This document shows positions 1-14,600 of a stretch of 64,000 nucleotides of DNA, in pieces (position 1 is the first letter of the stretch; every line of letters starts with the position of its first letter). Both the position numbers and the translations under genes were made by a program. The DNA lies in NCBI RefSeq assembly GCF_009914755.1, contig NC_060937.1; one strand, given 5' to 3'. This DNA is from the human T2T-CHM13v2.0 reference genome, Homo sapiens. The notes beneath the pieces were generated by a model that made no database searches, was not told where the DNA came from, and worked only from the letters and a program-made list of their open reading frames with translations.

Positions 1-1469
1 TTTTTTTTTTTTTTTTAAAGACCAATTTCCTGAGACCTACTTGCAACAGAGTGGTTTTGGAAACCAAGTAAAACACTTGATAATGTAGTTGTTATATTGA
101 GCAGTTTGGTTACTTGGCTACTAGGGCAGTAGATTTACTATGGGCAGTAAGGCCTAGAATTAAGCTGATGAAAATGCATTTAAGTAGCATCTTGGAAGCT
201 CCCTAATTTGTGTTCTGTGTGGCTCTTCTGAAATCAGAGTTGCGTTTGATTTCAGACCTTTTGGTCTTCCTCAAAAATCAGTAATTATTCCTTCAATAAA
301 TGCATTTGCAATTCATTCTAATTTTGGTCTCATTTGCACTCTCACAATTTAAGTGTTTTTCTTGGTACTCTTAATTTGACTAGTGCTGTATTTCAAATAA
401 TTATTTGCCTTGATGACATTAGGAACTTTGATTTGTACAGTCTTTAGCATTAAAAGATGCAACGATGAACATCAGAATATTGGCCTAGAAAATATTGTTA
501 GGAGAAGATAATAGAAACGGAACTACTTTGGTGAGAAAAGGAATTTAAAGTATTGGGAAATTACAGAATTGACAGAATAAAGGGAAGGGATCCTGATTTT
601 TTTTTTTTTTTGAAGTTTTTAAGATAGCTAAGAAAAGGAGTTTCAGTAACCCAGTTTTTCAAAATCCAATGTGGAATATATTTTGGGTGAATGAAGAAGA
701 AACACTAGAAACAATTTTATTATTTTTTGTAACATTTTGAGTTTCTCATTCAACGGACTGTAACCATACTTTGAGTATTGACAGCCACTGTCTTAAATGG
801 CACAATGTGGACAGTGTTGGAAAATGTGGGATGTATAGAAGACGTGGGTTATTACTTAGGACCAGCAGAGAGACTTGGACGACCTCATAGTTCCTGATGA
901 TCATCTGGTAAACGTGGAGGAGAAACATGTACTAAATTCAGATTTCTCAAGACAGATTGGGGATAAGGTGTTTCAAGTGCGTTCATTCTGTTTCATATGT
1001 GTAAAATCACATATAGTTATTACCAATTTTCATGAATCCCAATTCAGTAAAATAATAATACAAAAACTATACTGAAACAATGAACTGTAACTCGGAATGC
1101 AATTTACAGTGTCAATTGGGCCTCAGAGTCACTTGTAAGACTTCAAAATATGTAATCAATTTATGTAAGAGACTTGCACATTCTTTGATATATATACTGT
1201 ATATTTAAATATATTTAAAATGTTTAATCAAAGTGGTAATTATAGTAATAAAAGCATAGAAAAAAAATTTCCAGGAGAATAGAAGATCTTAAAATGAAAA
1301 ACAGTCTCCTGTCTTAGCTCTTTCACCCAGAATCCCTTTCCCTAGAGGCAATAACTTACTGCCATTTCTGTTCTGGGCCTTAAATGTAGTTGGTGTGTGC
1401 AACCAGGTTCATTCTGTATTCATCTTACAACATATATTATTCTGAAAGTTCTTTTTTTTTAAAAAGGAA

Positions 1470-2387
<918 letters not shown>

Positions 2388-2897
2388 CCTGAAAGTTCTT
2401 TTGTAAAAGTCGTAGATACCAAATTTTGTTTTAGGTATAATATGTCTACCCCAGAACACATACATTTAAACTTTCCTGCTATTAGCTATGTTTATTTTTT
2501 ATATTAAGAGTATAATTAAATATTAACACCTATGTCATATTAAAAAACAGAAACTTTGGTGGGACATTTCTATAGATTATGAATAAAATATAAAATGTGA
2601 AGTGGTTGTAAAGTGAGGCAAAAATTTTAATACAGTGAATTGTTCAAATACCCCAGATATTGCGGTTTATTGAGTGAAATATCAGTTATCAGCTGAATTT
2701 CAAGGAAATACCACACGTTCATTTGAATAATCTCTTGCTTCTGAATGTTGTGTTCATTATGATGTGATTTACCTAGTTAAGCGAGATTTAAGAAGAATTG
2801 TGCTTTTTAAATTTCCATTTTGGTAAGTAGAGGTGTTGAGTTGTCCTCATGTCTCAGTTTCATGTAAGACCAAACTAGTTGATGATTTTTGTTTTAA

Positions 2898-3125
<228 letters not shown>

Positions 3126-3523
3126 TAGTACCATATGTACATATGTTATGTTTCCTGACAGCATAATCCCACTGTGATGACACTTTGTCTAGTACATTTT
3201 AAGCTGAGTTTTAACAGTGCCTTTCCCTTTTTATCATTCATCGTTTTTGAAAAAAAAATCCAGATAATTTATATAGGAGTCCTTTCTTTCATTGACTCTT
3301 TACAGTTTGCATAATTTATGCCAATATGGAAACTATATTTTGACCCAGTGGCAGCATGGAATGAATGGTAACATTTGTTGAATGCTAATTATCTGCCAGC
3401 ACTGAGCTAAATGCCAATGTATTATCTTAGTTAATTGGGTAATTTAGCTTGAGTGATGCTGTTTCACAACATGTCATTTGAACATGAGACTTAGTTATAT
3501 GATATAAAATATGTCACTTTGAC

Positions 3524-3868
<345 letters not shown>

Positions 3869-4519
3869 CTAGAGAGGCTGTACTTTTTAAATCCTAATCT
3901 AGTGGCTTAAATCCGTGATCCCATTCATTCTCATCAACATTGTCCTGTGCATTAGGTTGCTAGCCATCCAGAGTGAGTGAAAATTTTTTTAAATACGGAA
4001 ATGAAGAACATGTGCCATTGTTTCCATTTTGCACCTCGCAAGTTAATTAGGTGTAGAAGACATTAGAAATTTGAAGCATCCATGAGGAAAAATGGGAATT
4101 ATTCTTCCCTTTTTCCTCTTATTATTCAGGGACTCATCCATATATGGAACATGGTAGTCTCTTCTCTTAGCCTATTCTAGTGAAGCATTCATTTCTAAAC
4201 ATCCGGCTTTTATCTTATCAGCTGTCTGATTCCCTCATAAGGCAACTAGCTAGATCAGTGAAAAGAGCAGAGGTCCCCAGTCCTTGCCACCCATTGTGGG
4301 GATCTTTAATGTAGATTTGTGAGATGATATTGTGAGAAGATAGTATCCTAAAGATGAATGACAATTACATACAATTATTTACTTTGACCCTGAATTCAAA
4401 ACTTATCTGGGAAATACATGCAGATTCTCTTGATTGGTTGTCTCTTCCTTTCTCTGCCAGTTTGCTCATCTAAGTGTTGCACATATGTGTAAAAGGTCAT
4501 GTCCTTCAGTTCCCAATTC

Positions 4520-5410
4520 CTCTGGCGTCTAAACTGAACTCACCATCTTCCCCATCCAGACCTGGTCCTCTTCTGATGTTCCCTGTTTTAAGAATTGGCA
4601 CCACCATCCATCCAGTAAACAGTTGAGAAACCAAGGTGTCTTCTAATACTCCCCTCTTTGACCTTTCTACCCCCTCATACATCAGTTAAGTCTTGAGGTT
4701 TTACTTTTAAATATCTCTTGAATTCATCTTGCCTTTGCTATTTCGACAGTCTCCTACGTGGTTATTTTATAGCCATGCTGGTCCCCCTTCTGTAATTAGA
4801 TCTTTCTAAATAGCAGATTTGGTCATGTTACATTCACTTCTTTACCACACCCTTAAAATAAATGGTTTCCCTTAACCTGACCGGGCCTCCTTAACCTGAC
4901 CAGCAAAGCCATTGTAGACTGGCTGCTGCTTACCTCTCCGTTTCATCTCAGGGCATTGCCCCACTCACTGCATTTTATTTCAGTGCTACTCTGAGCCTTT
5001 GCATAGGCTTTTTCCTCTTCAGCCTCCCCTCTGGCTCCTCCGTCGATTAAGTTAACACCTAAGTTTTTATAGCCTCTTGCTTTCCTGCATAGCACTTACT
5101 ATAGTTACCACTTTACATTTTATTTATTTGTTATAAAATCAGTCAATGAGAGCAGTAGGGCTCTTCTGGTGTGTTCATTCACTGAGCGCTTCCACTGTTT
5201 CATGTACTGCTAGGTACTGTTGATAGATCAGTGACCAAAATGTCCTTAAGGCTGGTGGAGGTGACCAGAATGAATCAGATGAATGTGAATAAATGTAAAA
5301 TTGCAATTTTGATAAGTACTATGAATGCTAATTATATGGCACTATGAGAATGAGAATTGATGATACCCCGGTGCTTAGTTAAGTTTTTACTAAGTATTTG
5401 TAGAATGAAT
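4520..5410 (+). mobile_element. Old L2 LINE remnants (approximate)
   Basis: L2-like phrases (aactgaactcaccatcttcccc; aatatctcttgaattcatc; a terminal aagtatttgtagaatgaat). Confidence 0.55.
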
Positions 5411-8189
5411 AGTCGTAGACCTTCATGCTTAAGGGCTTGTTGTTTGGCTGGTTGTTAGCTTTTTGTGTTTGGCATCTCAAAGACTTTTTCTATCTCCAAC
5501 AAAAACTTACTAGGCAGTTTAAAGCTTTGAGCTATAGGAATATTGATTTGTTCTCTTGTATCACATAGTCAGTATTTATATACTTTATACACTTAAAAAC
5601 CTCATTTTCGTATGAGTCATATTCCTGTATTCCCAGAACTTCTGTATACAGGGAGACAGTGTGGTGCAATGGGAAGACCACAAAACTGAGTATCACTGCT
5701 AGTGATTTATAACAAGAACTCGTTATCTTTGAACCTCATTTTACTTATCTGTACAACAAGCAAGTTGGACTAGGTGTCCCTAAGGTTCATGATAGTTCCA
5801 AAATGCTGCCATTCTCGTTATAACTCTTAAGGATGGAGTTACTTATGTATAGGACTACAACTTAACAAAACCTTCTGCTGTTGTTTCTTTTTCTAGTTTC
5901 TCTTTCTTTTCCCTGTTCTGTTAAGTGCAGAGGTATATTTTGAAATTGTGGAATGGAAGATAACAGGTAACAGGAATTTTAGAGGAATGAAGGTTGTTTT
6001 GTCAAATTTTGGGGCTTAAAATAAATTTAATACTGATTTCTACATATATGTACTTCACCAATTTTTTTTTCCAATAACAAAATCCAAATCTTAAGTCTCT
6101 AACTTTTATATATTGTCATATTTATGGTATGTTATTTAGGAGCTTAGGTACATTTAAACAAAAAGCATATCCTTAAATTCATGATGTAATAGTAACACAT
6201 ATTTAAGAATAGTTCCTTATAGCAAGTGCTTTTCTTAGCTATTAATGAGACTTAAGAGTTAACAGCCTTTCACCTATTTGGTAATGAACTCAGTAACTCT
6301 GCCCAGCTCCTACGTAAAACCTTGCTGCTGCTGTGTACTATGAAAAGACTAGCAGATTAGAAAAATCTTAGTGTTGAATGTTGCTTGACTCTCCCAAATT
6401 AATGTTTGAAAAATTATTTTTCAGTCATCTCTTTGTTCTGTCATAAAAATCTGATTTAAAAAATACTAAAAACTATTTTGTAGATTTTTAAAGCAAGCAA
6501 ACAAGACATTTGAAAGCACTGAAAATGATGAGTTTATGTATTTCTATCTAAAACTTAACGAGGAGATTCGGAGGAATTTTCTATCAGATTACAAGAGCTA
6601 AATGTAATATTGTATATAAAACATTTCAGTGTTGTCTTTTTACATATTATGCATATGATTCCTTTTGTAGTTTGGTATATTTTATAAATCATTTAAAGGT
6701 GTTAGTATTTTATTGTGTGTTTTGGTTAACAGTATTCAAATCCTTTTATAATATGATTGGATAATTAGCTATTCAACACCATTCTCAGCAGTTCAAGTTT
6801 TGTTAATATTTGAGGTACTAATTACACCAGCATAGAATATGCATGCTGTGTTGTAGTCTTTTGTCTCAGAAACAATGAACACACAGTTTTGTCAAGAGGC
6901 TTGTTTCCCAGCCTTGCCGAAAAGACAGCAAGACAAAAACTAAAGGCCGGTATCACTTTATGAAGCATACTTTTATTTCTGTTTGAAGTAAATCCACATA
7001 ATTTAAAATGAAACATCAAAAATATATTGGTAAAGGTGTGGGTTTTTTTTATATTTTATCTAAGAGAAAAAGGGCAAATGATAAAAATGGCAACACAGCA
7101 GAGCCTTTATATAATGAGGTCCGGATTATATAATTGCAAATTGCACATTTAAACAGTCTTATTTGTGAATCATTTATTGATCATATATTAAATTCTTACT
7201 AAAAGTCTTCCAATATTTAACAGAAACTAGAGTCTTTGCTACATTTTTCCAGAAACTGTATGTGTGTTTTTTTTTTTTTAAAGGTAGTTTAAATGTCAGC
7301 TAACTTATAGTAGCCAAAAAGCAATGCCATGGTGGTGGTAATCAGATCCTCTTGTTCAATTTAACCACCAATGAACGAAATTCCCAGTTGTACAGTCCAA
7401 GTCCTCAAAATTCAAATCCTGACTACATCTGTATCTCATTCCTAAAGACAACCTATAAATAACATTTTTCCAACTTTCCACTAGGAAAATTTCCCAACAT
7501 ACAGAAAGGTTGAAATTATAGTACAACCAGCATCCATATATCCTCTGCTTAGACTCAATAATTGTTAATATTTTGTTAAATTTGCTTTATGTCTATATGT
7601 ATGTGATTTTTGTTTTAATTGAACCATGTGAAAATAAGCAGCAGGTATCACAGTTTGCCCCACCATACCTAAGCATACATCTTCTAAGAGTAAAGAAATT
7701 CATCTGTTTAACTATCATACACCTAAGAAAATGAGTAATTCTATAATGTCCTCTGAAATCTATTCCATACATACATTTCTAGTTACCTCAAGAAATGTCT
7801 TTTATTTATTAAAAATGTTTTTTTCTACAATTGAGAAAAAGATTAAGACTAATTTGTCCTTAAATATTGACATGTTTTGGGTGCAATCTAGAGTTGGGAA
7901 TTGGGTCCATCATAATACTGTTTTAAAAATACTTTGTGTAGAATCATGCTCTTTCCATATACTTTTCATTTGCCCCTCACAAGAACTCTGCACTAGCAGG
8001 GCAGGTATCTTTATTTGACTATTGAAGAAACAAATTTAGAGAGTTTGTAAATTTATTTGCTGAGTCGCAAGGCCAAGACTCGCTCTTCTAACTCTACTCT
8101 TTTTGTTACACCCAGAACTTGAGACACTCCTCTCCTAGGCAGCTTCGTGTTAGTGTTAGTCAGTGCCTCTTAGGTCAGGTCAGATTCAG

Positions 8190-8218
8190 AAACCGCAATT
8201 ACTTTTGCACCAACCTAA
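8190..8218 (-). mobile_element. Solo HSMAR1/MADE1 terminal inverted repeat
   Basis: aaaccgcaattacttttgcaccaacctaa followed by TA. This is the reverse complement of TTAGGTTGGTGCAAAAGTAATTGCGGTTT; I see no partner TIR nearby. Confidence 0.88.
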
Positions 8219-8255
8219 TAGTTTTAGGTCCAGAAGGAATCTTAGACATCATTTT

Positions 8256-8424
8256 GTGTTTCTCAGAAGGGAGTGCCGTTGGCATTTTAGGGGGAATAAT
8301 TCTTTGCATGAGGTTCAACACAGCCCCCCTCCAAGTATCTAACCAGCTATTGTGACAAAAAACTATCCCCTCACATTTTCAGATGCCCTGGAGGAAAGGA
8401 GATTACCCTGGATTGAGAACCACT
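8256..8424 (-). mobile_element. MER20-like hAT DNA transposon fossil
   Basis: The minus strand begins agtggttctcaatccaggg...gggcatctgaaaatgtg...ttttttgtcacaa. Confidence 0.55.
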
Positions 8425-9073
8425 TACTAATATAACTACCTTGTTTTAAAGAAAGGAAAAGCAGAATTGACATTTAGCAACTACTCTGTGACAGTTACCA
8501 TGCTAGGTGACTCAAATAACTTAGTGCTTATATCAGCCCTTTGCTGTAGGTAGTATCTTCATTTTACAGATGAAGAAAGTGAGTGTCATTGCTTATGTAA
8601 CTTACCCAAGGTCACACAACAGGTAAGTATTGAAGCCAGCATTCAAACATACATCTGAATGATGCCACACACCCCCCACCCCTGACTGTATCATACTACT
8701 TCATGTGGACCTGATCCAGTATAATAACTTCTGCATTCCTGTAATTTCTATTTTTTCTGCTTTTTGTACACCTTTAAAGAACAACCAATCAGAAAAAGAT
8801 TTTGGAAAATCTTTTGAAAATACATAGTTTTTAGATATAATGATTTTGTAAGTTGAATGCTCCATTTTAAATTTAACTCGAGTAATCTTCAAAAATGTCA
8901 CTGTGATTGTTGCACAGCATTGTAGATGTGCTTAATGCCATAGACTGTACACTTAAAAATGGTTAAAATGATACATTTAGCATTGTGTATATTTTACCAC
9001 AATAATTTTTTTGAATGTCATTAACCAACCCGGAAACTGTGAAAATATCGAAAATCAAAATTCAAAGTTTCAG

Positions 9074-9416
9074 CCGCCGAGACCAAGATGGTGGCGAGAC
9101 TTGGCACTTTCCTCAAGAATGCCTGGGCCAGGGAGCCAGTGCTGGTTGTGTCCTTCATCATTGGTAGCCTAGCTGTAATTCTGTCCCCACTCAGCCCCTA
9201 CACCAAGTACTTCATCATGATCTACGAGACCATGCCCTACAACTACCCATTGCCCGTCCGCAATGATGGGAACATGACCAATGTGCCCGGCCACCCCCAG
9301 GATCCCCAGAGCTCCAGCTTGGAGTGGCTGAAGAAACTGAGCACCTCCACTGACAGAGGAGGCCCCTCCCATCGCTCCCAATACGAATGTGAAAACCAAA
9401 AAGAAAAAAAAAAAAA
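9074..9416 (+). pseudogene. Processed pseudogene of NDUFA3 (complex I subunit B9) in GPR180 intron 2
   Basis: Intronless [26 protein letters not shown]...[14 protein letters not shown]...[16 protein letters not shown], similar to NDUFA3. Poly(A) at about 9398-9417. A 17-bp TSD: aaaattcaaagtttcag (9057-9073) / agaattcagagtttcag (9417-9433). Confidence 0.95.
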
Positions 9417-9654
9417 AGAATTCAGAGTTTCAGTGAAGCCATTCTACTTGTGGTGTTTTATAGTCATACTTTTATAGTGATTCCTTGGTTAAAAACATCA
9501 TTTTTATCTCCTTTGCAGATAAATTCTGATTTATTCTATAAATATCTGGTTTACAAGACTTATTCCAAATACTACACAAGGTCTTGGATTTCTGAGACAA
9601 TAAAAATTAAAAGATTGTCCTAACCTCAAATTGATTATATGACTAAAACAGTGA

Positions 9655-9930
<276 letters not shown>

Positions 9931-10962
9931 TAAATTCAGGAAAAGATTTATGTACAAATATATTCATGTTGTATTTTTAAAATCAAAAATGAAAGCAACC
10001 TGTGTTTCCAAAACTAGAGAAATGGTTAAATTAATCTTCTTATAGCATTTTGATAGCCATCATATTAATTTTTAAAAGCAGAGTATTACTTGAGTGTATT
10101 AAAACCTGCAAAGAATAAAACAGAAAGAAGCACAAAAATATTAATAGATTATTTTGATACTCTGGGTTGGTAGAATTGTATAGTTTTGTTTGTTTGCTTG
10201 TTTGTTTTGGCTCCAGACAGGAAACAACTTGTGTAGTTTATAGTTTATACATTCTAAACATTTTTGTTTTTATGATAACCTTGCATTATTTTTATAAACA
10301 GAAAAATGGTAACAAATTAAACAATTTAAATTGTTAATGATTAAATGAGATTAGAAACTCAGCTACTTTGTATGGGTAACTCTGTACTAGCTTGTTTGAA
10401 CAGATTTAGGGATTGCCTTCATTGAAGCTTACAACAATTTAGGGATGATCAGAGTCCATAATACTTCTCAGAATCAGATGTACTCATATGAAATATTTCA
10501 TCAAAATGTTAGGTAACTATGTTCTGTCCTACTGAGGTAAGATTCCACCCCCAGCAGAAATGAATGACTTCTTATGATCATGATGAACATGCTATGAAGT
10601 ATAACTGATTTGTAAATTAACATATTGGAGTAAGGATTTGTAGGCCATCTGTCAAAGAAAAGCATTAAGGGTTTACCTCTTCATGAGTTCATTGGCTGTT
10701 TGAAAGAGTCAATCTGCTTAAGAGAAAAATTTAATTCCATTGTATCCCATTGGCCATAGAGTGGGGTGGGTGGAGGTGAGGCAGGAGTGAGGCCACATTA
10801 GCTTAAACTGATTGTTTAGTTCAAAGTGTAAATTTGTCACAGCTAAAAAAGCAACTTGAGAATTGTGACAGTAGGTCACAAATAATGTTTTAAGGGATAA
10901 ACTTTTTAAAAATATCCTTTGTTTGGAAAAAACATATATCTAGTGATAGAATGGTGTGCTAA

Positions 10963-11099
10963 TTTTTTTTATTTTTATTTTTTAGAGACGGGGTCTCGCT
11001 ATGTTGCCCAGGTTGTCTCAAACTACTGGGTTCAAGCAATCCTCCCACCTTGGCCTCCCAAGGTGTTGGGATTACAGGCGTGAGCCGCTGCACTTGGCC
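10963..11099 (-). mobile_element. FLAM / Alu monomer
   Basis: T-tail followed by tagagacggggtctcgctatgttgcccagg...gcacttggcc; single arm only. Confidence 0.85.
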
Positions 11100-11381
11100 C
11101 TAAATGTTTTAAAGTGGTTAATTTGAAGTTCTTTCTGTGAAAGAAATGAAATAGTGTAAGCTACTCAAATTGTTTCTGAATGCAGATGAATGTAAAGGTT
11201 AAATTTCATTAATGATACTTTCGACTAGTATAGATCATTATTGGAAGTTAATTTAGTCCTTTCATTTCCTTAATCTTTTTAAAGATGCCAACTTTTTTCT
11301 GTATTTTGGAAAGGCATTGATGGAACCCAGGTCTACTAAGAGCATTGAATGGATGGTTGGACTAAATTGCTCCTCAGGTCC

Positions 11382-11682
11382 TTTTTTTTTTTTTTTTAAT
11401 TTTATTTTTTGAGACAGAGGCTTGCCCTGTCGCCCAGCCTGGAGTGCAATGGTGCAGTCTCGGCCCACCGCAACCTCTGCCTCCCGGGTTCAAGCAATTC
11501 TCCTGCCTCAGCCTCCTGAGTAGCTGGGACTACAGGCACCCACCACTACACCTGGCTAATTTTTGTATTTTTAGTAGAGACGAGGTTCCACCATGTTGGC
11601 CAGAACTCCTGACCTCAGGTGATCTGCCTGCCTTGGTCTCCCAAAGTGCTGGGATTACAGGCGTGAGCCACCGCACACAGCC
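11382..11682 (-). mobile_element. AluS
   Basis: Full dimer with TSD tcaggtccttttt on both sides. Confidence 0.92.
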
Positions 11683-14600
11683 TTCAGGTCCTTTTTAACT
11701 GTAAGACTTCATTATTTCATATGACCCTTATTTTTAGGACTGGTCAAGGCTCACTAGGAAGTAATGTTCTGCTGCAGTTGTTGCATGTGCAAACCCTGCT
11801 GCCTCTAGTGGAGTACAGATCAATTAGCACTTCCTCTCCTGCCTTCCAGGCTGTAGTCCTTTGGCTCAAAAGGTGGTTTTATGTATTGAGTAGATCCATG
11901 AGACTTTTCTGGATCCTGATATGCTTTTACTTGCCTCCTTATCCAGGCTTCCATTTTTGGTCTTTTTCTTCATCACCAATTTGGCATGTAAACTTTTATC
12001 CCAGGCTATAAAGTGATCACATTTGTGCCCTGTGCCATGCTTGGACCTCTGAATCCCAGTCATACCTTGCCTTGTCCTGAACCTTGCCTATGTCTTCCAG
12101 TGTTTTCCTCAACATCTTGAGTTGTGGCTAGCTTTTCTTTATGATGCATACTAACCGTTATGATTCAGTTCTTAGTTTTGTCTCCTTCTGACCTACCTTT
12201 TCCTGATTTTTGTGACTGATTTTGATTTTATGCTTACTCTTGTGTCTAAAAGCTGTCTTTCTTATACTACAATGGGGAAGTTACATTGAGTATGTCAGCA
12301 ACAATGTTTAAACAAGGGGCAAAACCTCACTATAATCGTATGTATTTTCATTAAGCATGACATTCTATGCAAGGCTTACCTTCGGGGATTAATCATTAGA
12401 AAGTGCCAGAAGTATCCAAAAGCGTCCAGCCTTGTTATGTGGCTTCCTCTAAACATCACATCATTTTATTGATTAAAATGCTTAAAAGCTTTTGTGAATA
12501 ACTCTACATTGAAGTATCAATGAGTGGTTCTTAACCCATCACTGTATGCATCTGGTTTAAGGTTATGAGGGTTAAAACAAAAATTCAGATATTCACACCC
12601 AGAGACTCAGATAGATTTGGTTTGGAGTGGAAGCCAGTTAAAGCTCTAAAGTTGATTCTTATGTACAGAACCGCTGATCTAAAAGTCCATATTTCACATT
12701 GTTTTAGTAATGTGTTTTAAAATACAGCCTTAAGAGGGATTCTTCCTACTTTGTAGCCTCAGGTATGGAATTTGTTTACAGGGAAAATGTTCAATTCATT
12801 TTAGAAACTTCTGCTAGTTTGCCTAATTATCTGCTACAAGTAGGAAAAATTGATTTGCTATGCTTTTTACAGAAAATTGACTATTACCACATGTCTCAGA
12901 GGTTTGAATTAGAGTAACCTGGTGCAGATAGTTGCAATTAATGTTACAGGTTATTCTGGTTAAATTTCATAATTTGTTTTCTTTCAAACCAATTATGTAT
13001 TTTATATCTACCAGACTTTGGTTAATCCTCTATTTTACAGAGTTGGTCTAGATTAAACAAAGTCAGGCAAGTGTGATGCCGATTGACAAAGTACTAAATA
13101 GGATTATAATATTTTAAGGTACAATGAAATAAAACTGCTTCTTTAAAAGATTAGAATCCTTGTTAACTGTATTTGTACTCTAATTAGAGACCAAGAAGTA
13201 CCCAGAATCCTGAGAGTGTTATTACCTAAAGGCGCATATAGACTGGTTTTCACTGGAATAATACTACAGGCTCTGCCACATCTGCCATCTCACTGTTTTT
13301 AAAATTCTAGCAGCTATGTTCATTCTTTAGTGTTATCCCTTTTTTCCTCCATGTCCCAAAAGACAATGGGTTGGATCTTCCATTTAGCTTCAGTAATGTG
13401 TTGCTGGTAACATGTTGGAATGTTTTTGGCTTAAAGTAACAGAAAACCCTAATGCAAGTGGTGTAGACTGTAATGAAATGAATTATCTTACATAACAAGA
13501 AGTTTTGCGGCTTCTCCAGGGTGGTTTATTTAGCATCTCTCTACCCTGCTATCCTCAGACTATCAGTGTTGTTCTTAAGCTAGCTGCCTCAAGTTCAAAG
13601 TTAGCTGTGGCAGTTCTGAGCATCATGTCTAGATGATTGCAATATTCAGTATCACTTTTTAGGAGGAAGGAAGTCTTTCCCAGAAGCTTCCTATCACATT
13701 TCCTTTTTCAGAACTGGGTCATAGCATCATAAGAGAAATGTAAGTTGACATGAAAGAAAGAAGATAAAAGTAGACAAATATGTCAAAAGGGTTAGGTTTA
13801 CCTCCTACTGGTAAGAGTATGGGAATTTCTGATTGATTTAGACTAATCAGGATATATCTTGAGACACGTGAGTGTGGGAGACCACTGGGGCTCTGAGACA
13901 AGGATCATGGGGAGGCGGGAATGTCTGTTCCAGGTGCTGCCCCAGAACCCAAGGACCCTTTCCCCTTAGGCTCTCCTCCTTTCTCATTTACCATCATTTA
14001 GCTGGGGCTAAATTTATTGAAGCTGGCCTCTAAGTTTTCTTGCTACTTTATTTTGCCAATGCTGCTTCCTTTAAGCTTGCCTTAAACCTTACACATTTCC
14101 TTACAAGTGTTCACCACCTGTTGTATGCTCATTAAGAGTATTTTTCTTCTTCAGTGTATACTTTTTTCATGTGTATTATTAAGTCTTAAGTATAATAAGA
14201 TGTAACAATTAGTATCCACCTGTTTTAAAATTAGATTTTAATTTCAAAGTGAACAAAGTGAACACAAACTGAGTTTAATTTCAAAGTGAACAAACAATTT
14301 TTGCTTGTGGCAAAACAAAAAATTGGTAGCTGAAGAGAGGAAGAAAACAGACTTTTTTAAAGAGATGATTTGTTTAAAAGAACACTGAGTGCAGAGCTAG
14401 CATTTTATCTTTTAAGCATTTTATGTACAGTTTTAAGGGAAGAATCATCTAAAATTCAGTGAATAAAGTGTGGGACAGACCCAGTTCAATTTATTTAATA
14501 TGTTATGTCAATGAAATAATTTTTGTGTTCGTTATAATGTTAGCTTTTTCTGGAAGATTATTAACTTTGAATAATCCTAAGACATTTTTTGCTGGTGACA

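Noticed and set aside
9169-9399. 76-aa antisense ORF
   Set aside because: It is the reverse-strand shadow of the NDUFA3 retrocopy.
10575-10610. ATGATGA...CTGA resembling a C/D box snoRNA in intron 3
   Set aside because: The boxes are only about 20 nt apart and there is no convincing terminal stem.
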